Source: Eubacteriales bacterium
GTDB lineage: Bacteria; Bacillota; Clostridia; Oscillospirales; SIG627
Length of the DNA stretch: 50,085 bases
Direction of reading: 5' to 3'
Assembly (NCBI GenBank): GCA_045580105.1
Contig: JAZNNH010000036.1
Span: 1-50,085 of the forward strand
Shown: positions 45,921-50,085 of the stretch, in pieces
Layout of the letters: each line of letters opens with the position of its first letter
Numbering within the stretch: position 1 is the first letter of the stretch
The notes under the pieces: generated by a model
What the model saw: the letters and a program-made list of their open reading frames with translations, nothing else
The model's database searches: none
Told to the model about the DNA's origin: nothing
Made by a program: the position numbers and the translations under genes

Positions 45921-46646
45921 CTAATTCCAATTATCTTCCATATATTTTCGAGGAGCTATTTTCATTATATGCTTAAATCTTCTTGAAAAATATACGTAAT
46001 CTGTATATCCGCATTTTTCTGCAATATCAGTCAAAGACAACGTTTTTTTATATGTTTCTATCAAGTAACATGCATGGTTTATTCTTACCTGGGTTAAAAA
46101 TTCTATTGGCGTTTTTCCTGTTATTTTTTTAAACTGAGTCCTGATGTAATCAACAGCATAACCGCTTTTTTTAAGTAACTTATGGAGATTAATATTGCAG
46201 TCGCAAAAATCGTCGCTTATATTTTCTATAATCCTTTTTGTTGCCGAAAAAACCTCATCTTCCATTTTAATATTTTGAACCAGAAAATGAGCGAAAGCAT
46301 TGATTAACGAGGATACGTATTTGTTGTCGGAATGTCTGTTAGCATAAATCATTTTCGCTAATAGCATGCCCTCATTTATCGGATTATCGAAAACTACAGT
46401 CAATGTATTTAGAAAAAAGAGATGATTAAACTCACCATTTATGTAGATTCGTTCAATAACATTACTCGACTTCGTACTATAATGTGACGTTCCCGGCGGA
46501 ACAATAACGATTATTCCGGGATATACTTTAATTTCTTTTTCTGCAGTGTGCAAAATACCTTCACCTTTAGTATAAACAATAATTTCATAATTTTTATGTT
46601 TATGAGAAGGGGTTTCTTCGTTTATAAGGTCAATTAGAAAACTCAT
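45921..46646 (-). CDS. AraC family transcriptional regulator (cupin + HTH)
   Basis: HKH..YEI cupin, PPGTSH, FKKITGKTP, IAEKCGYTDYVYFSRRFK. Confidence 0.92.
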   Translation of the reverse strand: MSFLIDLINEETPSHKHKNYEIIVYTKGEGILHTAEKEIKVYPGIIVIVPPGTSHYSTKSSNVIERIYINGEFNHLFFLNTLTVVFDNPINEGMLLAKMIYANRHSDNKYVSSLINAFAHFLVQNIKMEDEVFSATKRIIENISDDFCDCNINLHKLLKKSGYAVDYIRTQFKKITGKTPIEFLTQVRINHACYLIETYKKTLSLTDIAEKCGYTDYVYFSRRFKHIMKIAPRKYMEDNWN

Positions 46647-46768
46647 AAAATCACCAACGTTATTATATTAAAAATCTATGTTTTGTGCAAGTACTTTCAT
46701 GAAAAAACATAGTAATTTTTAATATGGTGTGGTATATTTTGTTTGAAAAATTTATGTTATAGGGGCTC

Positions 46769-48130
46769 ATGATGAACATAAGAAACATTGATATGCTATC
46801 GGGGTCAATAGTCAAAGGATTAATTTTGCTAGCAGTACCAATTATGATAATGAATGTTTCACAATCTTTGTTTGGTATTATTGATATGATGGTGCTACAA
46901 TATTTTTCCGATGACAGAGCCGTGGGCGCCGTGGGTGCGTGTGGAACGTTAATGACGTTATGCACCAGTTTGCTCATAGGAATATCTACAGGGGCGAATG
47001 TTGTTATAGCAAAAAGAATAGGCTCTAAAAACAGCGAAAGTGCTAATAACGCAGGTATGACTGCAATTTTATTCTCAATCATTAGTGGAATAGTGCTAAT
47101 GATTATCGGTATAACATTTGCCAAAACTTTTTTAGAAATGACAAATTGTCCGAAAAGCTTGCTCGCTTATGCTACAAAGTATTTTAAACTTTACTTTTAC
47201 GGCATCCCCATATTAATGTTCTACAAATTTGGTGCCGCGATACTTCGAGCAATAGGAGACACAAAAACCCCGATGTATGCACTGATATTGGGAGGAATAA
47301 TCAAAGTTTTTTTCACGCTTTTATTTGTTGCCGTATTTGATATATATGTTGAAGGGGTTGCCATTGCAACTATTATTTCAAACGCTGTTGCGAGTGGCTG
47401 GATTCTTCTTACTATATTAAAGGGTCAGAACGTTATTAATATAAATCTTAAACAAATTAAATTAGATACCGGCGAATTAAAAGAGATGCTGTTTATAGGT
47501 GTTCCGGCCGGAATACAAAATGCATTATATTCGTTAGCAAATGTAGTAATCACCACGGCTGTGAACGGTTTCGGTGCCGATGCTACTACAGGAATATCTA
47601 TCGCAAATCAGTTTGATGGAATACTGTATCAAATTTCATATGCTCCGTCACTTGCCGTTACTCCTTATATTGCACAGAATATTGGAGCAAGAAATATAAA
47701 AAGAGTTAAGCAAACAGTAATGCGAGCCATATTAATTACAATAGCATTTGGAGCAACGTTTGGTTCGCTTTTTGCAATTTTTTCAAAAGAATTGTCTATG
47801 CTTATGTCTTCAACTCCTGCAGTCATTGCATTTTCGCAACAAAAAATGATTATTATATCGAGTACATATTTTATTTGCGGCATAAACGAAGTGTTATGCG
47901 GCGCTTTAAGAGGATTAGATAAACCAATTATTCCAACCATTTCAACATTTATATGTATGTGCGTTTTAAGATTTGCATGGGTTTATTTAATTTTCCCGCT
48001 TTATCCAAATCTTACTTTCTTATATGCGATTTGGCCTATTGGGTGGATATTGTCAATTATAACATTACTCACCGTTTATGCTTTTACAATATCAAATCTG
48101 CAAAAGAAAGATTTTGAACCTGCGATTTAA
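46769..48130 (+). CDS. MATE family efflux transporter
   Basis: LAVPIM, AVGAVG, LRAIGDTKTP, VEGVAIAT, QNIGA; about 12 TMs; AT-rich. Confidence 0.93.
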   Translation: MMNIRNIDMLSGSIVKGLILLAVPIMIMNVSQSLFGIIDMMVLQYFSDDRAVGAVGACGTLMTLCTSLLIGISTGANVVIAKRIGSKNSESANNAGMTAILFSIISGIVLMIIGITFAKTFLEMTNCPKSLLAYATKYFKLYFYGIPILMFYKFGAAILRAIGDTKTPMYALILGGIIKVFFTLLFVAVFDIYVEGVAIATIISNAVASGWILLTILKGQNVININLKQIKLDTGELKEMLFIGVPAGIQNALYSLANVVITTAVNGFGADATTGISIANQFDGILYQISYAPSLAVTPYIAQNIGARNIKRVKQTVMRAILITIAFGATFGSLFAIFSKELSMLMSSTPAVIAFSQQKMIIISSTYFICGINEVLCGALRGLDKPIIPTISTFICMCVLRFAWVYLIFPLYPNLTFLYAIWPIGWILSIITLLTVYAFTISNLQKKDFEPAI

Positions 48131-48154
48131 TAACACCTGCGGGCGTGAGTGTAT

Positions 48155-48293
48155 TTATTTCATTTCACTTTGTTCGTAGCACAAAATTTCACTATGGCGA
48201 AGATAATTATTTCACATTCGTCGCAAGACGAATATTTCACTAAAAATACGACAGTTCAAATTCATACGCAAAAATATCTTTTACGTAGCCCAT
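48155..48293. repeat. Right half of copy 3 of the element (TTTCAC type)
   Basis: TTTCAC at 48163, 48187, 48210 and 48235 with intervening hairpins, followed by a tail with a 22-bp exact match to 45672-45693. Confidence 0.75.
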
Positions 48294-48346
48294 AGCCAAA
48301 AAAGAATGGGTAACTTTTGTTACCCATTCTTTTTTGTTTTGGCTAT
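48292..48346. terminator. Long inverted repeat / bidirectional terminator
   Basis: ATAGCCAAAAAAGAATGGGTAAC-tttt-GTTACCCATTCTTTTTTG...TGGCTAT. Confidence 0.7.
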
Positions 48347-48590
48347 AAAATTTGAATTTTCAGTTTCTGTCCCGAACGCAGCGCGAAAGAGCGTCTGCGT
48401 TTGGGATGGGAATGGCAAGAAAAAGCCACGGGTGGCTTTTTCGCAGTCGGTCTACCGCCGACACCCGATTGTGCCAAGCCGAACGGCGAAGGCGCAAACC
48501 CGGTGTCAAGGTGAAGGAGGCCGCTTTTTTGTGATTGATCGAGAATTGGTTTTCGATAAAAAAAGGACACCGTTTGGTGTCCTTGTTCTT

Positions 48591-49157
48591 TTAAGTGAAG
48601 AGAATGCGGACTTCTTCTCCGTGGTAAAATTCAGAGGAGATGTAGTAAAGGAAGAAGGTGTGCGAGGGCTGGGGTTCCGGCTCTTCGATTTCCGAAATCT
48701 GCAGTTCGATGATACCTCCGTCTTGGAAGACGGAAACGGGATTGGGATAAGTATATTCCCCTTTGGAAGTGATCTCCAAAAGAACGCAATAGCCCTTGGT
48801 ATCGGCAAGGATTTCTTTTTCGAGCTCGGCGGTCAAATCGGGCAGAAATTTACGGTAGGGATCCAAATCGGCTTTGGATTTGATGACGGTGGCTTTGCAG
48901 GAATCCGCCGCGGTAATCACACCGGTGTCGGAATAGGAGACCAGAAGACGGATATCGTCCAAAAGCTCATGTTCTTCGTACGGATCTTCCGGCTCGTCGG
49001 ACACCGAATCAAGGGTCTTTGTTTCTTCCATTGTTTCGCTTGTGACGGTCAAATCCTGTGTTTCGGTGTTGGGCTGCGCAGCGGAACAAGCGGTGCACAC
49101 CAAACAACTGGTTGCAAGAACAAGGATGAAAAAGGATTTTAAGAAAGTCGGCTTCAT
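48591..49157 (-). CDS. Hypothetical lipoprotein
   Basis: RBS GGAGG; hydrophobic N-terminus with lipobox-like CTAC; acidic linker. Confidence 0.75.
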   Translation of the reverse strand: MKPTFLKSFFILVLATSCLVCTACSAAQPNTETQDLTVTSETMEETKTLDSVSDEPEDPYEEHELLDDIRLLVSYSDTGVITAADSCKATVIKSKADLDPYRKFLPDLTAELEKEILADTKGYCVLLEITSKGEYTYPNPVSVFQDGGIIELQISEIEEPEPQPSHTFFLYYISSEFYHGEEVRILFT

Positions 49158-49251
49158 CTTGTTACCTCCATAAAGGACATTTGGTTTTTTCTTTATTTTA
49201 GCACAAAAGCTTCTTTCTTACAATATAAAATGAGGAAAAATTGAAAAACCC

Positions 49252-49280
49252 TTGATTTTTACCAAAAACTGTGATAGAAT
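49252..49280 (+). promoter_or_regulatory. rimP-nusA operon promoter
   Basis: TTGATT, 17 nt spacer, TAGAAT with an extended TG. Confidence 0.6.
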
Positions 49281-49306
49281 GCGTTTATAGTAATAAGATT
49301 GTATGG

Positions 49307-49336
49307 GAGTAGAGTGGTTTCCACTCTACTCGCTTT
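49307..49336 (+). promoter_or_regulatory. rimP leader hairpin (attenuator-like)
   Basis: GAGTAGAGTGG-ttt-CCACTCTACTC, with the GAGTGG/CCACTC core typical of rimP leaders. Confidence 0.7.
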
Positions 49337-49367
49337 GCTGTGTAGGACTTTTTTGTGAGGTAGTGTA

Positions 49368-49853
49368 TTGGCAGAAAAAAAAGGACGCGGCAAGATTGCC
49401 GCACAAGTAGAAGAAATCATCCGCGAGCCCGTTGAGAAGCTCGGATACCTTCTTTGGGACGTTGACTATTACAAAGAAGGTGCGGACTACAATCTTCTGG
49501 TCACCATTGAGCATTCGGATCGCTCCCGAAGCATTGATCTGGAAGATTGCGAGAAAGTTTCCCGTCTTTTGAGTCCGATTTTGGATGAAACAGATCCCAT
49601 TGAGCAAACCTATTATCTTGAGGTATCTTCTGCGGGTCTGGAGCGCGAACTGAGTCGCGCGGAACACATTTTGTACTACGTGGGAGAAACAATTTCTCTG
49701 CGTTTGTATGCCCCTGTCAACGGAAACAAGAATTTCACCGGCACCCTGCTGTCTTATGAAAACGAAGTTTTCCGCCTTCAGACGGAGGATGGAAAAGAAA
49801 GGGAATTTCCCCAAGATACGGTGGCAAAAGCCACAACCGTGTTTGAAAATTAG
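49368..49853 (+). CDS. rimP: Ribosome maturation factor RimP
   Basis: IDLEDCEKVSR, YYLEVSSAGLEREL; TTG start after GAGG. Confidence 0.95.
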   Translation: MAEKKGRGKIAAQVEEIIREPVEKLGYLLWDVDYYKEGADYNLLVTIEHSDRSRSIDLEDCEKVSRLLSPILDETDPIEQTYYLEVSSAGLERELSRAEHILYYVGETISLRLYAPVNGNKNFTGTLLSYENEVFRLQTEDGKEREFPQDTVAKATTVFEN

Positions 49854-49882
49854 TAAGGTTTTAAATTCGAAAGGACGATACC

Positions 49883-50085
49883 ATGAACAACGATTTTTTT
49901 GATGCGCTGGAAGCTCTGGAAAGAGAAAAAGGAATCCCGAAGGAATTTATGTTGGAACGGGTGGAGGCCGCCCTTCTGACCGGCTATAAAAAAGAAAACA
50001 ACAACGAATCCAACGTTCGCGTTGTCATCGATCCGGTGAAACGCAACGTCAAAATGTACCGTTTGATGACCGTTGTGGAAGAGGT
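49883..50085 (+). CDS. nusA: Transcription termination factor NusA (N-terminus, partial)
   Basis: MNNDFFDALEALEREKGIPKEFMLERVEAALLTGYKK; follows rimP; runs off the window. Confidence 0.93.
   Translation, partial: MNNDFFDALEALEREKGIPKEFMLERVEAALLTGYKKENNNESNVRVVIDPVKRNVKMYRLMTVVEE

Noticed and set aside
48306-49142. 278 aa plus-strand ORF
   Set aside because: Antisense to the lipoprotein gene, which has an RBS and signal peptide; it starts inside a terminator hairpin.

Overview
Chromosomal segment from a Bacillota (Clostridia-like) bacterium, judged from the T-box, CIRCE, sortases and SigH-like sigma factor. Most of it is housekeeping: lon-engB, pfkA, groESL with CIRCE, uppP, T-box-thrS, ribF, two cyclophilins, potAB with a potC-potD fusion, alaS-HIT-holA-rnmV, rimP-nusA, and three tRNAs (Trp, Ile2/CAT, Pro). 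Five things stand out. (1) Downstream of tRNA-Pro lies an array of related multi-hairpin palindromic elements with covarying GATG/CATC, GATA/TATC and TTTC motifs; these bracket an AT-rich AraC/MATE cassette and no integrase is visible in the window. (2) A similar tiny islet sits at tRNA-Trp. (3) A tightly packed operon joins a sugar-kinase-like gene, a CpsC/D/B tyrosine kinase-phosphatase triad without glycosyltransferases, a KxTG-type sortase substrate and a class D-like sortase, followed by LCP and YfhO. (4) Several intact ORFs look like pseudoenzymes: a DD-carboxypeptidase lacking SxxK/SxN/KTG, an LCP lacking its arginines, a degenerate histidine kinase and an eroded helicase-associated nuclease domain. 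(5) A DUF1538 / tandem PII-like / ArsB-NhaD operon. All calls come from reading motifs by eye; no database searches were run, and start codons were adjusted using RBS evidence.
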